From positions 32,001 through 96,000 of IMG/VR virus record IMGVR_UViG_3300030330_002183: a DNA stretch of 64,000 nucleotides; one strand, 5' to 3'. Every line of letters begins with the position of its first letter. Position 1 is the stretch's first letter. The notes under the pieces are model-generated. The model searched no databases, was not told where the DNA came from, and saw only the letters and a list, made by a program, of their open reading frames with translations. Positions 35,501 through 47,200 of the stretch are shown in pieces. A program made the position numbers and the translations under genes. Source of the DNA: a virus (lineage: Duplodnaviria; Caudoviricetes).

Positions 35501-38229
35501 TGAGATAATGGATCAGAACTTGTTGCTAAATCACTAACACCAAATCTTGTTGTACTTATATCAGCAATAGGAGTATCATGAGTTGTAATAATATTTCTTA
35601 TATCTTCTTCTGTTAGACTAGCATTAGTTGTGTTTGTCCTAAACAATTCTAAAGTATAGTTTGTTATACCAGCATTAATAAGACCTTTATTTACATATGC
35701 TCCTTCACCTAAAACTTGATCAAGAAGAGTTCTTAGCTGATCTCTTAACTGTTGAGATCTATTTCCAAGGGGTGCACCTTTTGGATTTGATATAACATCA
35801 ATACCTCTATATGTTTTAGCAACACCTTCCATTGCAAATATTCTATCTATATATTTTGTTGTTCCTTGTTCTTTAGGATCATTAATATAATTTATAAACT
35901 CTTGGATTTCATTAACAGATCTTTCTAATAGTTCATCATAAATAACATCAGATGTTCCAAGCATTCTAGCTGTTTGAATATCATTGATTGCTTTGTCTAT
36001 AGATTTTAAAATTTGTGTAACATCTTCTGTTTGCTGTCCTCTATCTTGTAATCTTTCTAATGCTTCTTTTCTAGATACAAGTTTTACTTGATAACTTTTA
36101 AGTGTATCATTTTTAATTTGATACATATCAGTCTCAGTGTATGCGCCATCTGGTTGTTGATCACTTTCATTTAATTTATTTGTATCAGCTTGATTTGCTC
36201 TTTCTTCTTTAGCAAATACGTCTTCATTTAAAGGAACTACTTGATCAACAAAGTGACCCATTTGAGCTGGATTATGATATGTTGTACCTTCTACTCTAAA
36301 ATTTGTAACTTTTTTACCAGATAAATCAACCTTAATATGTATTGTTTGTGAGTCAGTACTAACTTCATAACCCATATTTTGAAGTATTCTTCTATATGTA
36401 TTTACCTGTAGATTATGTTGTGTTTTTGTAGTAAACTTTTGCTGATCATTCTTTGATGCATCTGGATCATAAAATACACTACCTTCATTTACAGGATACT
36501 TTCTAGTTTCATATTGACTATCTTTGCTAGGATTCTTACTTGTTTTAAGATCTACAATAGTAAGTGTTCCATCATTATGAACTACAAGTAAATCAATTGT
36601 ACCAGCTATTGATGTACCCGCATCAGCTATTACAACTTGTGGTATTACAACAGCACCTTGATCTCTATACATAGTTAGCATAGTTTGTATTTGATCAACA
36701 GCTCTAATTACCTGATCAGCTTGAAGCACTTTCATTTTACCTGTAAGTGATTCTATATCAGCTTGTTCACCTATAGGCATTACAGCTATATACTCCATGA
36801 TAACATCAAAATCATCACCTATATCTCTATTAATCTTATATTTATTCTCAGGATCATTTAAATTACCTTTGATCATACCGGTAACAGAACTAAACTGCTC
36901 ACCTGTCTCTACATTTATATATGTATGATCTTCTTTATTTAATATAACTAAAGGTGTATCAGTGCCAGTAAGAGAACTACCTACAGTAAAATCTTCAAAT
37001 TTTTCTTTATTATCTATGTTTTCACCTGTCAGCTCTGCTATCCTTTGTGCTTGAACATCTGTTGTAGCTTGATTTTTTAATTCTTTTACTTGTGCTTTTC
37101 TTTCTGGTGTGAGAGAAAATCTAACTCTACTATCTCCAATAGACTCTCTATCAAATCTAAATTCTAACGCATCATTGTTTAAAAGCTTTGCTAAACTAGA
37201 TAATGTATTATCTGATCTTAATGTATTAGCTTTTATAGGAACTCTTTTACCTTGTAAATACAAACTCATATCTTGAATAACATCAAGTATAAATTTTAAT
37301 AGTTCAGATAACTTTTGTTTCCATGTAAGAGTAGGTCTTTCTTCATACTCTTTGTTAAAGTGTCTAGATAAAGCTTGAGTAACTAACTCAATATTTCTAT
37401 CTTGATTTGTAAATCCTCTTCTAGATGTGTATGTACCATCTATTTCTAACTTTAATTGAGGAAACATTTTTTTAGCTTCTGCTAACAAGCTATTAAATAA
37501 AGCTGGTTTTTGTAAAAATACTGCATCAATAAATGGATGTAATACTTCTTCTACAGCTGTATCAGAATTAACCCTTCCTTTAATGATATATGCTACACCG
37601 TTAACATAGTAACTTCTAAGACTATTAAAACCAACACCTCTTTTTTGATAAGGTGTTAGTGAATCATAATACTCCTTTGCTTCTTTTACACTAGATACTC
37701 TAATGTCTAGCTGAGGAAATATACCTTGCATATGATTTACTATGTCAAGTATATGTGTTTTATCTTTATTATTGTTTTGAGATATAATATCCTGTGGTGC
37801 AAATATTACAGGATTCATAGTAACTTTATATGTGTTCTCTGTTCTTGTAATGTTTACAGAGTCTCTAGATATATTCCAGAAATCAAGTAAGTTTAAAAGC
37901 TTAAGTCTATTATTCTCTGCTACTTTTCTATCAACTCTTTCTATTTGTCCTGGCTCAGTTACATTTATATAATAACTTCCATTATACATACTGATCAAAC
38001 CTGCATTGTCTAGATTAGCTAATATAGCATCAGCATATTGCTTTTGCTTAAGAGAAAACTTAACTCTTTCATTTGCAATATATTTTTCAGCTTGAAATAT
38101 AGTAGGAAAATTATCTGACTTTGTGCTCTTTTGCCATCTATCAATAATACTATCTACTAATAACTGATCTTCATACTTAGCTTCTAAAGCTTTATACTCT
38201 GCATTATTTCTATTAAAACACTTTGCCAT
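32596..38229 (-). CDS. large polyvalent virion/ejection protein with PD-(D/E)XK nuclease domain
   Basis: SVT...G..FD, AGTIDLLVV...IVDLKTS, QVNTY; zincin-like EEVLHPF; hydrophobic C-terminal helices; adjacent to the RNAP as in crAss-like phages. Confidence 0.75.
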   Translation of the reverse strand: MAKCFNRNNAEYKALEAKYEDQLLVDSIIDRWQKSTKSDNFPTIFQAEKYIANERVKFSLKQKQYADAILANLDNAGLISMYNGSYYINVTEPGQIERVDRKVAENNRLKLLNLLDFWNISRDSVNITRTENTYKVTMNPVIFAPQDIISQNNNKDKTHILDIVNHMQGIFPQLDIRVSSVKEAKEYYDSLTPYQKRGVGFNSLRSYYVNGVAYIIKGRVNSDTAVEEVLHPFIDAVFLQKPALFNSLLAEAKKMFPQLKLEIDGTYTSRRGFTNQDRNIELVTQALSRHFNKEYEERPTLTWKQKLSELLKFILDVIQDMSLYLQGKRVPIKANTLRSDNTLSSLAKLLNNDALEFRFDRESIGDSRVRFSLTPERKAQVKELKNQATTDVQAQRIAELTGENIDNKEKFEDFTVGSSLTGTDTPLVILNKEDHTYINVETGEQFSSVTGMIKGNLNDPENKYKINRDIGDDFDVIMEYIAVMPIGEQADIESLTGKMKVLQADQVIRAVDQIQTMLTMYRDQGAVVIPQVVIADAGTSIAGTIDLLVVHNDGTLTIVDLKTSKNPSKDSQYETRKYPVNEGSVFYDPDASKNDQQKFTTKTQHNLQVNTYRRILQNMGYEVSTDSQTIHIKVDLSGKKVTNFRVEGTTYHNPAQMGHFVDQVVPLNEDVFAKEERANQADTNKLNESDQQPDGAYTETDMYQIKNDTLKSYQVKLVSRKEALERLQDRGQQTEDVTQILKSIDKAINDIQTARMLGTSDVIYDELLERSVNEIQEFINYINDPKEQGTTKYIDRIFAMEGVAKTYRGIDVISNPKGAPLGNRSQQLRDQLRTLLDQVLGEGAYVNKGLINAGITNYTLELFRTNTTNASLTEEDIRNIITTHDTPIADISTTRFGVSDLATSSDPLSQLLDKIYKRQVQKTLDLAEERADEIRRRSSKLAKLSPGGKVDYSFMLNYDKDGNFLGTYVKRIGQKYDAQWTQLRYNERGESIFKDPYIYKDNLEDYTTEELEYNRKLYEQRKAYSDFMRGERVIDGKPQDGDYHRYTKEYKDAREKLMYFSLFANKESGRWKFKASASTRQRREFLNKYHNLAPGNYIEKDADGRPTGLVKRQDSGYDGGGIGFVKSAFIEVRDVARNGDRMVSDKYEKLMNPNPNDSLAVAQKEFYLMYVRLFEEDLLKMLPESIQAKMLGNSLTIRENFLNEVRREGGLLGKLTAKASDGIKNLFSTTLRVEKVVTDSEGNFIENTLPIYYVGSTQDEKKLAAINSDIEALEQSFKNKQIKTDEYKQKKAELEAERNSVQAAPSKTELSQDMGRNLLLFNSMAQNYQTMSEIKNSVAAIIKTMENRRYTKEGFIGVAGSLRSAVGKGQTEEVAKGEDSNIVKRAKKWVNMVYYDNNRKTQDWMDKVARGLVSYTSLTYVGLNWFGNINNYAMGRLNNMVEVAGGRYYDRAAYARAVVEYNKSIPLMMTSLGDSSTWAPVIGGDGYKKYIPRSKYEAIAAYMRMMDDAADIREQGKEGAQDIKDKAWDAAYMFQDMAEYNVQTKVGMAIMMSTTVRNSETGEETSYYDALQYNASTGKITLKEGFDQLIRFNERRTDSEGNLVTQDLADENTRYDVRNQIREVNKQIHGNYAYADRMVIQDHVLGQLIAQFHKWVVPGLDARFRKEYYNENLGWVEGRYKSFLNVMGYIIKEKGQIGKAFREMEFQLGKERTDNKIKGMYRTLADFGIAMSSFIIAMILGNLFDDDDDDKGQTQKRLENALIYQFNRQAREFMFFFPVLGATEQYMMAKSPIPIMRSLGELAGAMKATGQYGLANLGVYGLFEEDYDITKDTRIYYQRTGRKGTLKLKKEWADALPLIYMINRWSAYDTINDWFVK

Positions 38230-38231
38230 AA

Positions 38232-41200
38232 TTATTTACATTTTTTAAGCCTTTCCATAAACTCTTCTTGAGTTAAAGGAACAATTGCATTTGCGGTTTT
38301 ATATCTTGCTATTGCTGATTCTGCACTACCAATATTTTGTCTATCAGATATTTCTTTTTTCTGATCAGCAGTTAAATTAGTCCATTCAGTTTCTATGGTA
38401 GAGTAATCAGCATTAGGATCTTCTTTTACTTGAACCTTAATACTATTTCCAGCAATATTCACATTTATGTTTTCATTTAATTGATCTGTATTATTCTCAC
38501 TCATCTCTTGGATTTTTTCCAAGTTAGATTTTTCTCTATCCTTTTTAGTTTCTGCCTTTATAGCTTCTAAATCCTCTTTAGAAATAGACATAGATTTATC
38601 AGTTGCATTTATAACAACACCTTTCATACCCATACCTATTGGATCTTTACTTTGTGAAGCTGCTATTTTATCCATAGCACTTTCATTTGTATCAACAGCA
38701 GAATCTCTATTTTCTTTTTTCTCTTGCAAGTATTCATATGTTGATCTATCACCGTGTATAAATCCAGCATCATATTGTTGCATAGATCCTTTTGTTTTTA
38801 TTTCTTCATACACAGCTTTTAATCCATATGCAATATTTTCTTCTGCAAAGTTAATAGTATCTGAATAATTACCAAACTCTTTTGGAGTATATAAATACTT
38901 AAGAACAAATGTTCTAACATCTTTCTTTGCTCTACTACCTGGAATTTTCTTTGAAGTACTTACATCCATTTTTATTTCTTGAGGAAAACCTATAAGATCC
39001 ATTTTTTTAGTACCTGCTTTTGTAGTAACTTCTACTTGTATACTATTAAAATTAGTTGCACGTTTTATACTTCTTGTATTTTTTTCTCTTCTTGCATCTA
39101 CAACAAAATCTAAATTTTGATACTTACCTTTCTTTCTTGACTCTTTCTTAGAATAACTTTCTTTGTGATTAGCATTAAACTCTATTGTCCAACTTTCATC
39201 TTCTTGCTGTTCTAATAATATAGGTTTTCTATTTCTTTTTGTTTTCTGACCTTCTTTAAAAGGAACAACTTGTGATGTAACTTGATTTCTACCTACAGTT
39301 CTTTTTACTTCATTTAAGAAATATATATTACCTCTTGAGTTTGAATATCCTTCAACCCATTCTCTTAATAGTTCATCTCTTGTTTCACCAAACAATTGAA
39401 CAAACTGACCGTTAGATATATCTTCATTATTAAATAAATCTGTTACATTACCTGAAACATTTAATATATCATCAAGTAGTGGAACTGGTATTAAATCAAT
39501 AAATGTATCTCTTGCATATGTTAGTCCATCTTTTAATATCAAATAGTGAATTAAGTGTCTCACATCTTCTCTTAATTCTGGCATTGCATATAGATCTCTT
39601 AATCCATTTTGAAGATTAGTTACTTGACCTGCACTTATATTTGTCCAAGTATTAGATGTAACCATATTAATCATTGCTTTATTTACAGGGTTCTTAGTAT
39701 CTCTTTTACTTATAAACTCCATAAAAGCATTTGATTTTTTTTGTTTAGCTAATACTGTTTTTATGTTATCAAATACTGTATTTATTGTTATTGGTCCTGC
39801 ATATTCATCATAGATAAATCCATTTTCTAATGATACATTTAGTCTAGCATTTCCTTTATCATTTAAAGCTTTCATGTATGCTTTTATAATAAAGAAACTT
39901 AAAAGATCTTTGTCTATTTTTTCTGTTTGAACATAAGGTAAATTTGCTTTTGTTACATTTCTAAACTTATCAAAAGTTGGAGACATTGTAACAAATACTG
40001 CTGGCATAGCTTGTTTTAAATTATCTAATATAGCAGCATATCTACCTTGGAAAGTTTTATCTTTATTAAACAAAAATCTAGCATCAAAAGGAATTGTTGT
40101 ATCCCTATCAAAAGTTTTATCATTCATAAACACACCAACTTCATTCATTTTTTGATATGCAAAGTTTATATCTTCTATGGATGTAAAATCAAATGATGTA
40201 TTTGTAGATAATACTTGTAAAGCTTGTAATTTATTACTTAAATTAAGAGCATTTTTAAATAACTGTAGTATAGCTAATTTTTCAATATTGTCTGCAGAAT
40301 CAGGACTTTTAATTTCATCAACTAACATGTCAGTTGTTACTACAGTATCTTGAGCTAACATTTTAGCATCATCATTTAGTGATTCTAAATCATTCATTGC
40401 TCTAGTTAATAATCTTCCAACACTACCCTCACCAGCATCTACACGTGCATATATATCACGTATAGTTGGTTGATTAATTAACATTATTGCAGTTTTAAGA
40501 TCTACACCTAAACTTAGTAAACCTACTGTAAGTGCTAATGCATTTTTATTTAAACCAAGTTTTCCTAAAAGTCTTTCTTTAGCATTGTCTGTTGCAGCTG
40601 TTACTAGTGCAGATATAATAAATTGTTTTCTATCACCAGAAATTAATGGTTTTTGTGTAGCTGGATCTATAATATAATCACCACTAAAAGTATTGTAATT
40701 ATATCCATTTATTTCTATAGTTCCCCCACTTATGGACATACCTCTTCCATTTGTAGGTCTTAAATTTACATTGTATTCTTTGAGAATATTAACAATAATA
40801 TTAGGTAATACTGCTGCACCAATAGCTCCTGCTCCTGCTTTATTGTTTACCCAAGATCTGTACATTCCAACAGGACTTTCAATAATAACACCTTCTTCTG
40901 TTACAAGATCAGCTAGCTCAGGTAATGTTTCTTCTATTTCATTCCATACCTCCTCTACAGGATCTAATACTGCAGGTTCATAAGCTGCACCAACAGGTCT
41001 ATCAAATCTACCTTCTGTCATTCCAACATTACCTAACATAGCATATTTTAAATCTAATACTTGATTGCTTTGTGCTGCTGTATATGGTAATCTATAAAAT
41101 ACCTTATCACCTATTTTTTGTTTATATTTTTCTTTATACTCTACAAACTCTTGCTTTGTAACAGGCAAACTTAATATTTTTAATGCACCTATTATACCTT

Positions 41201-44200
41201 CTGATGGTAATGATAAATCATTAACTGTTGCAGGATCTGTTATTCTACCTCTAGATTTCCATAGATCTAATGCATAATTCATAGATGTTCCCTTCTTTCT
41301 AGCATCAGCTACCATGTAATCTAAATACTCTTGATATTGTTGATTTACATTATCTGTTGCACCATACTCAATAAACTCTCCATCTTTCACATAAAACTCT
41401 TTCATATGAGTGTAAAGTTTATCAATATCAAAGTCAGCTCCTGATATTTCAACTAGCTCAGTTGGGAACATTGCAGATGATCCATACTCTACAGGTAAGA
41501 AATCTACTACTTTTAAGTTTATGGCTGAGTGTTTATCCTGTGAAGGTATACGTACACCAAACATTTTAGCTACTACATCTGGCAAAGGTTGATTAGACTT
41601 TACTCTTGATAGTCTTGGATCCCATGCAGGCATTGCTGTTTCAGAATAAGTAAGACCAGTTTCATTACCATCTTTATCATACTCTTTAACATTCATTCTT
41701 AGCTCATCTAAGTATATGTCTCCTACTTTTAAACCAGAGAATGTTCTTTCATCTTTATTATCATAATCTGTTTTAGCTAGTTCTTGTCTATTCTTTAAGT
41801 AGTCTTCTCTTCTTATTACTTCCCATCTACTTGGTTGTCCTGTCTCAGGATCAATAGCTAATACCTTCTTGTAAAACTTCTTACCAAAGTTAGATACAAG
41901 TGCAAAGCTTTCTCCAGTAATCTTCTCAGATAACTGCCCCTTAGAGAAAAATGCTAAAAATAATTGTTGGAATTTATTTTGAGTTATAGGATTATTTAAA
42001 TCATATTTCTGTGCACCTGTTTCATCAAGTTCAAATAACTCCATAAATTGTGGACTTGAACCAGAAGCCATTAATGAAGAATGAGCATACTTTAAAAATG
42101 CACTTAAATCTACAGTAACTTCACCAAGCTCAATACTATCTTGTAATTCATCTTGTGCTTTTTGAAAATCAAATATTAAATTACGTCTTTGTAAATATTT
42201 AATCTCTACTCTATCTCCAAGTGATTTGTTATATAAAGCTCTAACTTCACCTAATGACATTTCTTTGTCACCTATTTTTACTATAACATTATTATCTTGC
42301 TCACTTGTAATAAGTTGTTTAATCTGAGTAGGATCAGTTACAACTCCTTTATTAGAAGGTGTTATCTGCTGTAATCTCATATACTTTGCAGATAGATCAG
42401 TTACATAACCACTATTTATAAAATCATCATATTGTCCTTGATCACTTAGGTTAAAACCAGGATTTAAAATAACATTCTTTGGTACAATATTTTTCTTTAC
42501 TGCTTTAGATGCAGAAGCTGGTACTGCAACTGATATAGTATCTATACCTTTTTCTTCTACAGATTCCATTGCAACTCTTAAGTTATGCAGTTCTACTGAA
42601 TCAGGTAAAGCTGTTTCAAAGTTTGTTTCTGGATCAGAAGTCAATCTCTTTGATAATACAAAAGCAGACATTTTTAAGAATACTTCACCATCAAAATATA
42701 CAAACTTCTTAGAGTTCATTATAGCACCTAATGATTTATATCCTGCTTGACTAACACCAGCACCATGAAATTCAGCTAAAGAAATATTTTCTCCTGCATC
42801 AATCTTATCCATGATTCTTGCTTGTGCAGAAGTTAAACTACCTATTCCAAACATTAAATATCTAAATGCTTTTGATGTATAATACATTTGTGCATCTGTA
42901 GATGTAACTGGTTTATCATCTGTTGGAATTCTTCCAAATCTTGCAGGTACATTTATATCTTCAAAAGTTATTAAGCTTATATGATCAACCGCATGATTTA
43001 CACCTAAACCAGATTTAATATTACCCTCACTGTCAAATACATATGGCGCACTAATAAAACTTTGTGCACTTGGTCCAGCGGCATTTAATGCTTTAGCTCT
43101 TTTAATTTCATCTACAGAGTCTTTAAATAACTTAGTTGGATCTGATAAAAGAACTTGTTTGAATAATGTTCTATTTAACCATTCATTATAGAATATCTGT
43201 TTAAGGTTATGGTTATCAGGATTATTAGCAATAAGATTTAATTTTTCCATTGCTTTAGCTGCATTACCTTTAGTTTGACCTTTACTTGTTTTTAATCTTG
43301 TAAGTAGTCTATTATCTACAAAATCTAATGTTTTGTTATTTTGCAGTAATGTTAAATGTTCATCAAACTCTTGCTCTAATCTTTGTTTAATTAGATCTCT
43401 AATACTTACACCAAGATCTGCTTCTATTTGTGCTTTTGCTTCTTCATAAGTAAAGTTTTCTGTTTCATTAGCAGCTTTTTCTAACAAGTCAATTACTTGA
43501 TCATTAATATCTTTTTGTTCTGTTGGTGTAGCATCTGTTACTTCTATAACTCCTGTTGCTTCTAACAGAGCTTGTGTAGCAGGTGTAGGTTTTTCAACTG
43601 TTATAAAGTTTTCAGTTGTATTGCCCTTTAACCAATTAGATAAAACTTTAGTTCTTGTATAAAAATCTTGATCACCTAACGTTACTTTATATTTGTTATT
43701 ATTTGTTTTAACAGTAGTCATATCAGAACCAAGTAAATCTTGTAACTCTTCTATTGAATATGTTTCTGAACTAATAACACCTAAATTAGTAAATAGATAT
43801 TTTTCTTGACTTAAAGTTTTATCACCTACAGTATTAATAGAACCATAAATCTCAGAACCTGTTCTTAAATTAAGTTTAGCAACAGTTGCTGGATTCATTC
43901 TTACTAATTGTTTAGATCCTGGCTCTAAAGCTTCAATATTATTTCTTAATGTTTTTTGTACAGGTATACTTTGGTTTACACCAAGACTATTTAATTTTTT
44001 AACTACTGCTTTACTTTTACTTAATAAGTTCTTACCATTATATAATCTATAAGCTCTACCAGAATCACTATCATTATATCCTAATACTTCATCTTCTGTA
44101 TATCCTTGCTTTTGGAATCTTTCACGGTTAATTCTTTCTGACTCTGCTTTAATAACAGCATCTTCAAATTTATCTATAGTTTCTTCTGTGATTGTTGACT

Positions 44201-47200
44201 TACCAGCTTTATACTCTACAGTCATAAGTACAGGTAATGGAACAAAATCTGCTGTGTTAGATTCAGATATAACTGTAATATTATTTAATGTAGTTACATA
44301 TGACTTAGATCTTTTCTTTCCATCAACCTCATCCATATAACTTGTTTCTGTTACCTCTCCTGTAGCATTATTAAATGAAGATAAATACAAGTTAATTGCT
44401 AAAGCTTGAAACTCTGCACCAGATACAGAGCCAAAACTTTTATTATTACGGTTGTCTCCTAATTTATTATTAGCTTTATAATTACCATTATCATCAGCTT
44501 CTAATGATGTATATTTAACACCACTAGTTCTAGCTATTCTTAACTTACCACTTACTACTAAATCTCTAAATCTAGGATCTTTTAGCATTGCATTAGTAGT
44601 CATAAAAGGATTGGTTAACATTTCATCTAATGCATCCTCTGTATTTAGTTCTGCTACTTTTTCTAAGTTGTAGGTTGGCATTTGATGTGCATAGATAAGT
44701 TTACCTTCTGCATTTCTAAATACTGTTGCACCAACTGTAGAATCAAATATTGCATTTAGTTGAGCTAATTTTTTAATTCTAAATTTAACATCAGTACCTG
44801 TAGAAGATTCATTGTCATTATCATCAATATCTTCTTCAGTCATATCATAGTAAAGATTAGCTTTTGATCTGCCATCCTCAGTTTTACCATGTGCACTTAT
44901 AGCAGATTTTATTTCTTGTAAATCTTCTATAGTAAATAACGTTGATGTATTAGGTTTAAATAGTTTTACAAACTTACGTTGTTCAGAAGTTTTATTTGGT
45001 ACTCCTTCATTTAAAATAATAAATTTAACAGTTGCAGGAGCAAGTTTCATACCAACTGTATTAAATATATCTTGTGATATTTCTCTTGCAACTTTTTCTA
45101 ATTCTGCATTTGTAATAGAATCTTTATTACTATAAAACTCTATCCTACTAAATACTGAAGCTGCTTTATTTTTTTCAGCTTCATTACTATTTAATTTATT
45201 AACTAATACAGAATAATGATCTTGCCAATTATCTATTTGTGTAGATGCATCATCTCTTGATGTTGATTTAAATATATTAACAATACCTGCATCTTTATCT
45301 ACTTCTAATTGATAGTAATCAGATCTTAATTGTGAAAATCCTTTTAGTATAGATTGGAAAAATCCTTGACTTCTAACTTGTTCATAATTATAATTACCTG
45401 CTAGTATATCTTCTGCAGAATAATCAGATAAATTAAACTTAGCTAATAAATCTCCTATAACAGCTTTAGTATCAGCATTTTCATTTTCAAAATACTTTAA
45501 TCTAGCAAGCATTTGATTAGGATCAGTAATACCTGCCAAAGCTTTCATAAATGTATTATAAGTATTTACATAATTAACAGGTGCAAGAACTTGTTTTCCT
45601 GTTATAGGATCTATTACATTTTTAAATCTTGTTGCAAAAAATACACGGATACCTTTACTAAGTGATTTAAACCCACCAATTTCATTTGCAGATGCTTCAA
45701 AATCTTCATCATTTTTAAGTGATGAATCTAGAGATAAATGATTTCTATCTAGTATAACTTCTGAATCCTCTATTTGTGTATCAAATAAATTTAAAAAATC
45801 ACTTACACTTTTTACAACATCACTTTTATATTTTTGCAATCCTTCATACCTTTCATCTAATAAATCTAATTGATCATCATTTAAATCTTCAGCATAATAT
45901 AATTCTCCATTTTCTTCTCTTGCAGGATTTTGTTCCTCTATATACTCATCTATAACTGAAGCAAGTAATTGTTGTGGATTATATTTACCATCAAAATCTT
46001 TTGACTTTGTTAATGCTTCTTGTTTTTCAAAAAATCTTGCAGTAATAGTACCAACAATAAGTTCTGTTTCTTGTTGTGAAAAATAATTATTTATATAGAA
46101 TATTTCTGTATCTTCAGATCTTGGTAGTAATCTTGTTGTCTGAATAGGATCTCCTTTACGTATTGCAAAGGCCATACTATTAGGTGCATTTATTTGTTCT
46201 AATGCTGTTCTAGTAAATCTATTATTTTGTATTTCTGCTGTTTTATATTTTCCACTATTTATATCATTAAATAAACCTTGAAGATCACCTTTACTATATG
46301 ATAAAAACAAATCCTTAATAAACTGAATTAAACGTTGGAAAAAGTTTTTAGTTTCAGTATTAACTTTTGCACTACTTGGATTTTCTTTAAATAACTCAAA
46401 TTGATCTGCTAAGTATTCTTCATAGATAACATCATTAAGTTCTTTATTACTCATTTTAGAGTATGTTTCAGATAATGATCTCATATATGTTCTTGCCTCT
46501 AATAATGATTTTACAAATGTTCCGTTATCAATTTCATAACCTTTTTGTGAATTCATTAAAGAAGTAACCTCATCACTTGCAGCTCTTAAATATCTTTTAA
46601 TCTCTGCTTCAGACAACATCATTCTAAATACAGCGTGAAATGCCTCATGGTATCTAAAACCTGTTTGATTACCAACATAAACAGTACCGGATAAATCTTT
46701 AATACCCTTAGATATTTTACCAACCTCTATAGCAAAAGCTCCAAGTGTAATACCTTTACTAATAAGCCTTCTACCTAAATCATCTACATCTTTAATTCTT
46801 ATATACTCTGGAAGATTATCATTAGCCCATTTAATAAAGTTATTAATTTCTTCTACATTTCTTTGATCAAAATTAGTTAATGTAATTTTACCTATTAAAC
46901 CTTTCTTAAGTTCAGCAATTTCATTTTCTAACTTTTTAACCTGCTCATTATTTTTTACAAAAGTTCTAGCTTGTAATTTATATTTACCTTCAGTTTGACC
47001 AGGGTTATCTTTTTTAAGATCATTTATAACTTGATTTCTTAATTTTAGTTTATACTCTTTGAGCTCTTGTTCTTTTCTTGCAATCTTCTTAGCAAGATCT
47101 TCATTACCATACTCTGCTTGTACACCATCTTCATTCTTTTCTAAAGCTCCTTCTATTGTAGAATTATTTCCTGCAAGTGATAAATCTAAACCACCTTGTT

